NCBI RefSeq assembly: GCF_009914755.1 | Contig: NC_060927.1 | Direction: 5' to 3' (one strand) | Origin: the human T2T-CHM13v2.0 reference genome, Homo sapiens | Length of the DNA stretch: 64,000 nucleotides | In this document: in pieces, positions 15,349 to 27,908 of the stretch | Layout of the letters: the number at the start of each line of letters is the position of its first letter | Position numbering within the stretch: position 1 is the stretch's first letter | Made by a program: the position numbers and the translations under genes | The notes under the pieces: generated by a model | The model's input: only the letters and a program-made list of their open reading frames with translations | Told to the model about the DNA's origin: nothing | Database searches by the model: none

Positions 15349-15620
15349 TAACATTTATTATTTGCTGAGTTTTTTATGTGTCAAAATGTAGCAATCCTTG
15401 GTTATAGCAATGCTTAACTTTTGTACCACCTCTTACTAAGAGTTTCAAAATCCCTTTCATATATATTATCTCATTTATTTTATGATAATCCTATTTTCCT
15501 CCATGTGACAAATAAAGAAAATAAGCTTCAAAGATGTACAAAATAGTTTTTCAAAAGTTTTTAAATCAATTTTTCATACACTAGAAGCAAAGCTAAACTT
15601 AAGTCTTTGAATTATAATTT
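15349..15620 (-). mobile_element. MIR
   Basis: taacatttatt...atattatctcattta...gacaaataaagaaaataagcttcaaaga is the antisense MIR core. Confidence 0.5.
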
Positions 15621-17584
15621 CACTACTTGTCAGAAATATTTCCTAGATATTATTTGATATTATTGAATTAATGATTTATTATATATTATTGCTATTATTT
15701 AATTTTCCTGTTTGAATACTTTTATACATTCTTTAAATTGTTTTAGAGTGCTGTATTTTATTTATTTTAGGCAGATATAAAAATGTATCAAATTTTATAT
15801 CTTGCTATTATTTGCAATATCATTAAAACTTTAATATGGCATCTGATTTTCTAAAGTGGTCATTTTATTTTCCTTACAATGTTATTAAATAATAGATTCT
15901 TTAGTTGCATTACAGTATTATGTAGGAAACCTTTGATGCTTGGAACAATTAGCCCATAATATGCAATGCATAGAAAGCATAAGACAACCAACCCATGAAC
16001 ATAAATAGAAACTGTGTATTATAAAGTACATTATCTATAATAAGAAAATTGACCATAAAACTACTAACACATCATTAATATCTGTTATTAAAGCATAGCA
16101 TCAATATTTTGAAAACTACTAGCTTAAAATAGGTATAAATTCAATGTGAATTATTTCTATGAATTATTAGTTCCACTCCAAACTTTTAAAGGGAAACGTA
16201 CAATTTTCAATCTTCTATTTAAAATAACTTCTGAAAGAGTAAAATTAGATGTTGTTTAAATTTCTTGGTAAGACATTAGGCATCTAAATTTTGGAAAACT
16301 TGTAGAATATAAATGCAAATTAAAGAAAGCATTCTAAATGTAAGTATTTGTTGAGATTTAGGAAGTTTAGATCACTTATACTACTAATCAGTCTATTGTT
16401 AGCATGAAACACAGTACACAACATCACTCTCAGGATTTCCCCTATTTTGTGAATCCTCAAGACAAGTTATACTTTAAGGAGAAATTCAATATTATTGGGC
16501 TTTCACTTTTGAAAGTTATATAAAAAGATAAATATCTCATTTCTTATTCACATCACTTCATTATTTTTCTTTATGAATTTTACGATTGATAGAATGTAAG
16601 AGCAGTGAATAGTTAGAGAAAAAGAGGATCAAAATGAATTTGCATTTAATAAGACAAAACAGCATTGACCAGTTTTAACTTTACTAGTAATTTATTTTAA
16701 AATCAGTTATTATCATTTTGTACTTACATGCTGAAGGCAATTTTGGATGAGATATTTTGAAGACTTTACTATGTTTAAGTAACCATAAGCTAATCTAAAT
16801 TAGTAGATATTTAATCATGGAAAGAATATACTAACATAAAAGGTTCTGGAAGACTGAGAGCTGAATGCAGTTTCTTCCCTTTTACTCTGAACTTCACAAT
16901 TCCTCTATCTAGGACTCTATGGGGGTTCCATGGTATCGTGGATTGGACTAAAGCTCTCAAGCAGTATTAAAGTGCATCTTATCTTGGAAAAAGCTGAATT
17001 CTCTGAAATAATTTGATTCATACATGAAATATTAACACAATGAGGATGTGAATAAGTCGCCTGGGTCCTTCCCAAACCTGAAACCTTATGAGTAAGGAGA
17101 CCCAGGTATATACTTCTCCTGGTGTGCCAGTTGGTGAATGGCAGCCTGTCTAATACTGTATCCCCATGCTTGCAGAGGTGGAAAATGCTTTTTATGTCAT
17201 ATGCACACAGTTTAGGTGGTGCTGCATCAACTGGACCAGAAGCCCAAAAAATAATTTTAAAAAATATAATAACAAAGATTTCAAGTAGCAAGACAAGAAG
17301 AGCACTTAAAGCAAAAATAACACAGACCAAGGAAAACAGAGCTGTTGGTGCTGACAAGTATCTACCAGAATAACAACAATAAAAAGCAAGTTATTATATT
17401 CAAGTGCAGTATACACATGGAAAACATTTATTTTAGAGCTAGAATGTATAAAAAATATAACTTCCCAAATGAACAATTTAGTAAATGAATTGAAGACATA
17501 ATCACCGTTGAGATCAGAATTTGGCCTAAAATATCAAGTGAAACTTTCAAAGCACAGAAGAAAAAATAATTTGATAAGTCAGGG

Positions 17585-17932
17585 ACAAATAACACAATAG
17601 GAAAATATGGAAATGATATTGAAGAAGCAATTCACAGAGGAAAAAACCCAAATGGTTAATAAGCATAAGGAAAGACACTCTAATTAGCAGTCAAAAATGC
17701 AAATTAAGATAACATTGAACATATTTCATACCCGTAAGACAGGATATTTTAAACATGGAGATGATACTTAATACAGACGAAGAATCAGAGAAAATGTATC
17801 ATACATAACTATTGGTAATGTAAATGGCTATAGCAATTTTAAAAACAAAGTATTACTTCTATTAAGAAAATAAAAACATATATTGAACTCTGAGCCATCA
17901 TTTCCACTTCTGAAAATCTGTTTCATAGGAAT
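17585..17932 (+). mobile_element. L1ME-type ORF2 3' fragment
   Basis: gcaattcacagaggaaaaaacccaaatggttaataagcata...aaatgcaaattaagataac. Confidence 0.7.
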
Positions 17933-18245
17933 TGCTATGAGTTGAATGTCCCCACCAAACTCATGTTGAAATGTAATTGGCAATGTAATCATATTTGAAG
18001 ATGGAGCCTTCCAGAGGTGATTAGGTCATTGTGGCTCTACTCTCATGAATGGATTAATGCCCTTAGCACAGTGTCCCTCATGCTTGCTGCTACCTTCTAC
18101 TCTTCCACCATGGGATGATCCTTGCCCAACACCAGTGCCATGCTCTTGACTTCCCAGCCTCCAGACCCATAAGCCAAATCAACTTCTGTCCTGTATAAAT
18201 TACCCAGTGTGTTGTATTCTGTTATAGCAGCAGAAAACAAAGAAA
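17933..18245 (+). mobile_element. MSTC/MSTD MaLR LTR
   Basis: tgctatgagttgaatgtccccaccaaactcatgttgaaat...ataaattacccagt...tattctgttatagcagca. Confidence 0.8.
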
Positions 18246-18306
18246 AAATGACTTTTAAAATATGTATACTTATAAAATACTTTGTTGAATTTAAAAAATA
18301 TATTTT

Positions 18307-18589
<283 letters not shown>

Positions 18590-18599
18590 TTAGTGCTTA

Positions 18600-19130
18600 C
18601 TCCTGGAATTAAAATATACATCCTTTCAGAATCTACTGGAGATTGATACTGACTTAAATCTATAACTACACCTTTCCCTTTTTGTGCTACTAAAGTATTA
18701 AAGCATTATTGTCACCTACACTTCATACAGTGTTATATGCTTTTTATGAGTATATAAAACATATACTATTTATTGTTTATATATAGTACATAACCCTTTA
18801 TTATTTTATATAATGATTATTTCATACTCACTTATATTTTCGAAGAATTTAAGAGAAGAAAGCAAAAAAAAAAAAAACCCATGTATTTACATGGTCTTCC
18901 ATATACATTGCATGTTTATTGCTTCCAGTCATTTTCATTTTTTCCTGTGGATTTAACTTATAGTATGGCATCATTTCCTTGCTCCATTATAATTCCATGT
19001 CTTCCCTCGCATTTTCCATATTGCATAAAATATTATTATATGATTATAAGGCCTACAATACAATTTTAAATTATAATTTTATGTGATGGTTTTTAAGTCA
19101 CTTAAGTAAGGAGAAGAAATAAGTTAGTAT
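18600..19130 (-). mobile_element. Ancient L1M, first segment (continues about 27820-27908 and 29548-31800)
   Basis: Antisense inter-ORF-like sequence ending gagaagaaat and resuming ttctttataattacc after the L1MA. Confidence 0.5.
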
Positions 19131-22100
19131 TTTTTAATGTTTATTTTTAATTTTGTGGGTACATAATAGGTATATAAATTTATGGGGTATGTGAGATGTT
19201 TTGATACAGACATGCAATGCATAATAATCACATCATGGATAATGGGGTATCCATCCCCCAAGCATTTATCCTTTGTGTTACAAACAATCCAGTTATAATC
19301 TTAGTTATTTTAAAATGTACAATTAAATTGTTATTGATGATAGCTGCTATGCTTTCAAATAGTAGGTCTTATTCCTTCTTTCTAACTATGATTTTTGGAA
19401 ACATTAACCCTCTTGCATCCCTCCCCTACTCCTTCTTCAACTACCCTTTCCAGCCCCTGGTAACCATCCTGCTACTGTCTGTCTCCAAGAGTTCAGTTAT
19501 TTTGATTTTTAGATTCCCCAAATAAGTGAGACCATGAATGTTTGTCTTTTTGTTCCTGGCTTATTTTCCTTAACCTAATGGTCTTCAGTGTCACTCATGT
19601 TGCTGCAAATGACAGAATCTCATTCTTGTTTTATGGCCAAAAATTACTTAATTGGGTATATCTACAATATTTTCTTTCTTTATTTATTTGTTAATAAACA
19701 CTTAGGTTGCTTCCAAATCTTTACTATTGTGAACAGTGTTGCAACAAACTTGGGATTGCAGATATCCCTTTCATATACTGATTTCCTTTCTTTTGGGCAT
19801 ATACCAAGCAGTGGTATTGCTGAATCATATGGTAGCACTATTTTTAGTTTTAGGAGGAACCTTTAAACTATTCTTTATAGTGGTTGTACTAATTTACATT
19901 CTCACCAAAAGTAAACGAGGGTTTCCTTTCTCCACATCCTCACCAGCATTTATTATTGCTATAAGCTATAAGCCATTTTCACTGGGGTGAGATAATATAT
20001 CATTGTAGTTTCGATTTGCATTTCTCTGATGATCAGTGATCCCAAGCACCTTTGCATATTCTTCTTTGCCGTTTGTATGTCTTCTTTTGAAAAATGTCTA
20101 TTTGGATCTTTTGCCCATTTTTTGAATGAGTTATTAGATTTTTTCATATAGAGTCATTTAAGCTCCTTATAAATCCTGGTTATTAATCCCTTGTCATATG
20201 AGTAATTTGCAGATATTTTCTCCCATTCTGTAAATTTTCTCTTCACTTTGTTGATTGTGTCCTTCACTGTATAGAAGTTTTTTAACTTGATATGATGTAA
20301 TCTGCCCATTTTGCCTTGCTTCCCTGAGCTTCAGAAACATTACTCAAGAAATGTTTGCCCACACCAATATCCTGGAGAATTTCCCCAATGTATTTTTGGA
20401 ATTTCATAGTTTGAGGTGTTAGATTTAAGTTTTTGACCATTTTGATTTCACTTTTATATATAACAAGAGATAGGGGGTCTAGTTTAATTCTTCTGCATAT
20501 GGATATCCAGTTTGCCCAGCACCATTTATTGAATACACTGTCTTCCCATGTATGTTCTTGGCATTTTTTGTGAAAAATTAGTTCACAGTAAGTGTGTGGA
20601 TTTGCTTCTGGGCCTCTGTTCTGTTCTTTTGGTGTACATGCCTGTTTTTTTGCCAGTACCATGCTGATTTGGTTATAATAGCTCTGTAGTATAATTTTAA
20701 GCCAGGTAATGTGATTCCTTCAGTTTTGTTATTTTTGCTTAGGATAGCTTTGGCTATTCTGGGTCTTTTGTGGTTCCATATAAATTTTAGGACATTTTTT
20801 TTTCTATTTCCGTGAAGAATGTCATTGGTATTTTGATAGGGATTGCATTAAATCCGTAGATTGCTTTGGGAAGTATGGACTTTTTTACAATGTTGATTCT
20901 TCCTATTCGTGAACATGGAATCTTTTTCCATTTCTTGATGTCCTATTCAATTACTTTCATTAGTGTTTTATAGTTTCTAATTATAGAACTCTTTCACTTC
21001 TTTGTTTAAGTTAATTCTTACATATTCAATTTTATTTGTGGCTATTCTTAAGGGGATTTTTTTAAATTTCTTTTTTAGATTGTTCACTATTGGTACATAG
21101 AAATGTTACTAATTTTTGTAGGTTTATTTTGTGTTCTGAAACTTTACTGAACTTGTTTATCATAGAATTGATAAACAATTCTAATAGTATTTTTGGTGGA
21201 GTGTTTAGGTTTTTCCAAATATAAGAGTATATAGTAAACAAACAAGGATAATTTTGTCACAGGATCCTTAGGGTGTTGCTTTGCTAGCTGGACACCTCTG
21301 TGGCTGGTGGTGCCTTCTGTCCGAATATTGCTCACGCCCACTGGGCTTCTTCCACCCACTCAGCCTGGCAGGTTATGCTCAGCCCACACTACCAGCTTGG
21401 AACCCATGCCTGCCAAAGGCAAGCCTGGTGCAGAGCAGTGAGGAGTGTGTAAGCAAGTGAGTGTGGGGTGCAGCCACTACACACAGCCAGGCACTTTGGC
21501 TGCTGTGGTGGGGCAGAGAGCTCCATGTGCTGGCTCTGTGCAAGGTTGCGGCTGGACCAGACATATCACAAGTGGCTTCTGCTGTGGGCACCAGTGTCTG
21601 GATAAGGGGAGCGCAGTGGCACTCAAAAGCTCGAAGACACCAGAAACCGTGAAGCCCAAAGAGGGTGTTGCCGCCCTGGCTCAGGGAACCCCTATGTCTG
21701 GGCTCCCCACAGGGTTGCAGCTCTTCTCTCCTTCTCATTGCCCACAGTGTGATGAGTGGGGAGGCATGTTTCTGCCCTGTTTGTGCTAGAACTCTTTCAG
21801 TCCTACTATTCAGTGGGTACCCAGTTCTTGTCCCATGTCCTGGAAGATTCCACCCAGAACTGACAGCCGAGCCCATATACTTTAGGCCATCCTTGGCTTG
21901 AAGGTGGGGCTTCACTGGAGACTTGTCCCTTTCTGTCCAGGAGCTTGTCTTCCTCCTGCTGCCATCAATCGTGTTGTCCATGATGCCCAGGCTGCTCATG
22001 AAGAGGGGTGCCTTTTGGCCTACACTGAGCTGCCATCAGCACTCCCCTTCGTCTCCCTCCCATGCTCGTTGGTGTCCAAAGCCCAAAGGGGGCCAAGGTG

Positions 22101-25100
22101 GCAGGGGGCTGGCATGCCAGCACCACCCTGAGCACCCACAAACCTGGCCAGATTAGGACAGTGCCGGGGATTGGCCTCAACTTTGCTCCGAAATCAGAGT
22201 GAGTGCTGGGAGCAGGGAGAGGCCAGGCAGTGAGAGCAGGTACTTCTGAACCTGGAGGAGCAAGAGGGCAGCTTCCTGGGCTCCCAAGAGTGCAGGGATG
22301 CCCGGGTTTGCAGCTTCAGCTGGGTGGCTGCAGCTGCACCCAGCTGGGTGGGGCTCCTGCCCCACAACTCAGAAGGAGGTAGAACTCTCACCCAAGCAGC
22401 TCTGAAGGGTTCTGGGTTCCTGCCTGTTCTTGGCTCCTGCTGACTCCATGGAGCATGCAGCCCTGGCTGTGCCTCCCCTGCTGCCACTGGCATCTTGACA
22501 GTGGTCGTTCCAGATGGGATGCTGCTGCCATCACTTTTACTTCTTCCTTTCCAATTTGGATGCCTTTTATTTATCTCTCTTGTCTGTTTGCTCTGGCTAG
22601 GAATTCCAGTACGATATTGAATAACAATGCTGACATTAGGCATCTTTGTTTTGTTCCAGATATTAGAGAAAAGACTTTCAGTTTTTCTCTATTCAGCATG
22701 ATACTAGGTGTGGGTCTGTCGTATATGGCTTTTATTATATTCCTTCTATACCCAGTTTATTGATGATTTTGTCATGAAAGGGTGTTGAACTTTATCAAAT
22801 ACTTTTTCAGCATCAGTTGAAATGATCATATAGTTTGTGTTCTTTATTCTGTTGATATGACGTATCATGTTAATTGATTTGTGTATATCGAACTATCCTT
22901 GCAAACCAGGATAAAACCCACTTGGTCATGATAAATAATTTTTGTAATGTATTGTTGAATTTTCTTTCTAGTATTTTGTTCAGAATTTTTGCATTAATTT
23001 TCATCAGGGATATTAACCTATAGTTTGTCTTCTGGTTTTGGTATCACAGTAATACTGGTCTTGAAGAATGAGTTTGGAAATATTCCCTACTCTATACATT
23101 TTGAACAGTTTGAGTAGGATTGATATTATTTTTTCTTTGAATGTTTGGCAGAATTCAGCAGTGAAGACATTGGGTCCTGGGCTTTTCTTTACAGGGACAC
23201 TTTTTATTACAGTTTTCATCTCATTACTTGTTATTGGTCTGTTCAGGTTTTGGATTTCCTCCTGGTTCAATTTTGGTAGATTGTATGTGTCTAGGAATTT
23301 GTCCATTTCTTCTATGTTTTCCAGTGTATTGGCATATAGTTGTTCATAGTAGCTACTAATGATCCTTTGAATTTCTACAGTCTCAGTTCTAATGTCTCCT
23401 TTTTCTTCTCTTATTTTGTTTATTTGATCTTCTCTCTCTCTTATTTTCCTTGTTATCCTGGCTAAAGTTTTGTCAATTTTGTTTAACTTTTCAAAAAACT
23501 AATTTTTTAAAATTGATGTTTTGTATTATTTTCTTCATTTCAATTTTGTTTATTTATGCTTTGATCCTTATTATTTCTTTTCTTCTACTAATTTTTAGTT
23601 TGGTTTGCTCTGTTTTTCTAGTTCTTAAAGATGCATCATTAGATTGTTTATTTGAAGTTGTTATTCTTTTTTGATGTAAGCACTTATATAGCTATAAATT
23701 TTCCTCTTAGTATTGCTTTTGCTGTATCTGATAGGTTTTGGTGTGTTGTCTTTCCACTATCATTTGTTTCAATAATTTTTAAATATTTTTTAATTTTTTT
23801 CATTGACCCACTTATCATTCAGGAGCATATTGTTTAATTTCCATGTACCTGTACAGATTCCAGAATTCCTCTTGTTATTGATTTCTAGTTTTATTTGATT
23901 GTGGTCAGAGAAGATTCTTGATGTTATTCCAAAGTTTTGAATGTTTTAAGACTTGTTTTTGATGTAACATATGATCTATCCTTGAGAATGACCCATGCGC
24001 TGAGGAGAAGAATGTGTACTCTGCTGCCATTGGAGAAAACGTCCTATAAATATCTTTTAGATCCATTTGGTCTGTAGTGCAGACTAAGTCCAATGTTTCT
24101 TTGTTGAGATTCTGTCTGAAAGATGTGTCCAGTGTTGAAAGTGGGTGTTGAAATCTATATTTTTGTATTGGAGTCTCTCTCTTTAGCTCTAATATTTTCC
24201 TTATATAACTGGGTGCTGCAATGTTGGGTGCAGGTATATTTAAAATTGTTATATCCTCTTGTTGAATTGACTATTTAACATTATATATGGACTTTCTTTG
24301 TGTCTTATAGTTTTTGTTTTGACCTCTATTTTGTCTGATATATGTATAGCAACTCCTATTCTGTTTTGATTTGCATTGGCATGGGATATATTTTTTTCAT
24401 CCCTATATTTTCAGTTTATGTGTGCCTTTATAGGTTACCTGTGTTTCTTGTAGGCAACAGGTCAATATGTCTCACTTTTCTTTTTTAATCCACTCAGCCA
24501 ATCCTGCAATTTTGTTATTTGTTTTCTGATTGTTTTGTGTTCATCTCTTCCTTTTTTATTTCCTTTTTATCTTTCCCCACTGAAGGTGATTTTCTCTGGT
24601 AATATAATTTAGTTTTTTTCTTTTTATCTTTTGTGTATCAGTCGTATTTTTTTTTAGTTTGAGGTTATCATGAGGCTTGCAAATGCTATCTTATTACTCA
24701 TTGCTTTAAGCTGACAACAACTTAAAACTGTTTGCAGAAGCAAGCAAGCAAAAAGGAAACTAATAAAAACACTAGGTCTTAACTTAGTACCCCTGCCTTG
24801 CTTTTTAACTTTTAGTTGTTTCTCTTTATATCTCATTGTACTCTCTCTGTCTTGAAAAGTTGTTGTAGTTATTATCTTTTATTAGTCTTTCTACTTGGGA
24901 TAAAAGTAATTTACGCATCACGGTAATAGTGTTATAATATTCTCTGTTTTTCTGTGTACTTACTGTTACAAGTGAGTTTTGTACCTTCAGGTGGTTATTT
25001 GTTGTTCATTAATGTCTTTTCTTAATGATTGAAATACCTCCTTTAGCATTTCTTGTAGGATGGGTCTGGTGCTGATGAAATCCCTCAGCTTTTGTTTGTC

Positions 25101-27818
25101 TGGGAAAGTCTTTATTTCTCCTTCATGTTTGAAACATATTGTTTGAAACATATTGTAAACAGATATACTATTCTGGGGTAGAAGAGTTTTTCTTTTCCTT
25201 CATTACTTTAAATATGTCATGCAACTCTCTCCTGGCCTAAAAGGTTGCCACCGAAAAGTCTGCTGCCAGACTTTGGATCTCCATTGTGTGTTGTTTGTTT
25301 CTTTTCTTTTGTTGCTTTTAGAATCCTTTCTTTTTCATTGATCTTTGGGAGTTTGATTATTAAATGCCTTGAGGTAGTCTTTGAGTTAAATCTGCTTGTG
25401 TTCTATAACCTTCTTGTACTTGGATATTGATATCTTTCTCTAAGTTTGAGAAGTTCTCTGTTATCCATTTGAATAAACTTTCTATTCCTATGTCTTTCTC
25501 TACTTCTTTTCTAAGGCCAGTAACTCTTAGATTTGCCCTAATGAGGCTTTTCTCTAGTTACTGTAGGCATGCTTCATTTTTAAAAAAAAATTTGTCTCCT
25601 CTGACTGTGTATTTTTACATTGCCTGTCTTCAAGCTCACTAATTTTTTCTTCTGCTTGATCAGTTATGTTACTGAAAGACTCTGATGCATTCTTCAGGAT
25701 ATCTATTGCATTTTTCTGCTTCAGAATTTCTGCTTGATTCTTTTGTTTATAACTCTTTGTTAAATTTGTCTGATAGAATTCTTGAATTTCCTTGAGTTTA
25801 CTCAAGATAGCTATTTGTAATTATCTGTCTGAAAGGTCAGATAACTCTCTTTCTCAAGGATTGGTCCCTCATGCCTTATTTAGTTCATTTAGAGAGGTCA
25901 TTTTTTTCCTGGATTGTCTTGATGCTTGTAGATGTTTGCCTGTGTCTTGGCATTGCAGAGTTAGGTACCTATTTTAGTCTTTGTAATCTGGGCTCATTTG
26001 TACTTGTCCATCTTGGGAAGGTTTTCCAGATATTAAAAAGGACTTAGATGTTGTGATCTAAGCTGTATTTGCTATTGGGAGCACTCCAAGCCCAGTAATG
26101 CTGAGGTTCTTGCAAACTCTTACAGACACCATCCTGATGGGCTTGAATGTGAAAGAATTATCTGAATTACTAGACTGAGACTCTTTTCTCTACCCTTACT
26201 TTCTTCCAAACAAATGGAGTCTGTGTTCTGATCCACCTGAAACTGGGGGTGGAGTGATACAATTGCACCCTTGTGGCCACCACCACTGTGATTGCTAGGT
26301 CAAACCTAAAGCCAGCACAGACCTTGCTCTTGGCCAAGGCCTACTCTAACCACTCCATGGCTACTGCCTGTGTTTTACCAAGGTCCTGGGGCTCTGTAAT
26401 CAGCAGGTGGCAAAGCCAGTTAAGCCTATGTTCCTCCCTTCAGGGTGGTGAGTTTCCCCAGGCCCCTGGAAGTCCAGAGGTACTATCCAGGAGCCAGGGA
26501 GTAGAATCAAAAACTTTAGAAGTCTGCTTGGTTTTCTACTGTACTATGGCTGGCGTAGCCTTCAGTCCACTAGACGCAGTTCTTTTCACTCTTCCCTTCG
26601 CTTTCCAAAGGCAAAGGAGTCTCACCCATGGCCACCACCACCACAGCCCTTGGGGAGCATTGCCAGACTATTACTGATGTTCCCTTAAGGCTCGAGGGCT
26701 CTTCTATCGGCTTGTGGTGAGTGCTTCCTGGCTTTGAACTCATCCTTCAGGGCACTGGGCTCCCCTCGGGCACAGGACAGGTCCAAAAGTGCCAACAAGA
26801 ACCAAGTCCTGGAATGGAGGACCACAGGAGCTTGTTTAGTGCTGTACCCCACTGTGGTCAACCTGATACTTAAAGCCAGCAAGTCTTAGGCACTCACTCA
26901 AAGCCCTTGATGTAGTACGTGGGTACTGCTGCTTGTTGTTCAGGGTCCAAGGGCTCCTCAGTGAGCAGGTGATGAGTGATGCCAGGACTGGATTCTTCCC
27001 TTCAAGGAAGCGTGTCCCTTTCTGGCCTGGGGTGTGTCTAGTAATGTCATCTGGGAGCTACGGTCTGGAAAGGGGACCTGAGGACTCTCATTACTGCCTT
27101 ATGCTACTGTGTCTGATCTGCTATCCAATATTAAAGACATAGTCTGCCCTGCCCTTCCTGCTCCTTTTCTCAGGTGGAAAGAAGGGGTCTTCTTTGGAGC
27201 TGCAAACTGTGTGCCTGGGATTAGGAGAGGGGTGATGCCAGCACTCCGTTAGTTACCCCAGCTGGTGTCTCATAGGCTACATGACCCATAGTCCACTTGC
27301 TCTGGGCCCAGTTCAACACTCAGACTTGCCCAGGTGTTGTAGATCTTGTGGCCTAAACAGCCTTTCAAGTTTATGTAGAGCTCTTTTAGCTCATGGCAGT
27401 GAGGCTTGAAAGAACTCGAGTTTGGACCACTTTCCCCTTAGACTAAGGCTGATTTAAATGCTCCCTTAGTGGGTAGGCATCAGCTGAGTTTGGTCCAGTT
27501 ATTTTTTCTGCTATAAAGGACAGCACTGAGATCAATGCCTCACAATTAGTGCACTCCTCCTCCCCTTGTACACTGAAACACTCTTCACACAATGTTGCCA
27601 CTGTCGGGGGTGGGAGAAGAGTGGCATCAGTGATTCAAGATTGTTTTTCTCAATCTCTTTGGTGTCCCTTTCAGCAATACTAAATTAAAACCAGTATTGT
27701 GAGTGTTCACTTGATTGTTGGTACTTATGAAGGTGTTTTCTGTGTAGATAGTTGTTAACTTGGTGTCCTTGCACAGGGCACAATCCAGGGAATTTTTTTT
27801 CCACCATCTTTTTTTCCC
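19130..27818 (-). mobile_element. Near full-length L1MA1-3 LINE (about 7.4 kb excluding nested LTR), degenerate
   Basis: 3' end gtgggtacataatagg...atggggtatccatcccc; ORF2 remnants DIYRTF..AAEYTFFSSAHGSFSRIDH (23905-24093) and [17 protein letters not shown] (23013-23306); ORF1 coiled coil DQAEEKISELED (25554-25805); 5'UTR ending ccaccatctt (aagatgg on minus). Confidence 0.9.
21255..22533 (-). mobile_element. MER52-family ERV1 solo LTR (copy 1, about 1.28 kb)
   Basis: Termini tgtcacaggatcctt ... gctgctgccatca, GC-rich; 4-bp TSD attt/cttt; L1 sequence aaggataattt|acttcttcc resumes. Confidence 0.82.
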
Positions 27819-27908
27819 AAATTTGTGTTGTTCTTTATAATTACCTACTTTATTCTCTATACCAGTGCCCTGTGTGCCTTTACATGGCTTTGATTTACTT
27901 TCTAATAT

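Noticed and set aside
16917-17373. 146-aa hydrophobic ORF and opposite 83-aa ORF
   Set aside because: Non-ATG starts; hydrophobicity reflects the T-rich antisense of an A-rich L1/HAL1-like remnant; no domain or splice support.
21144-22763. Dense overlapping ORFs up to 206 aa
   Set aside because: They lie in a GC-rich MER52 LTR where stops are rare, on both strands, with no recognisable domain.
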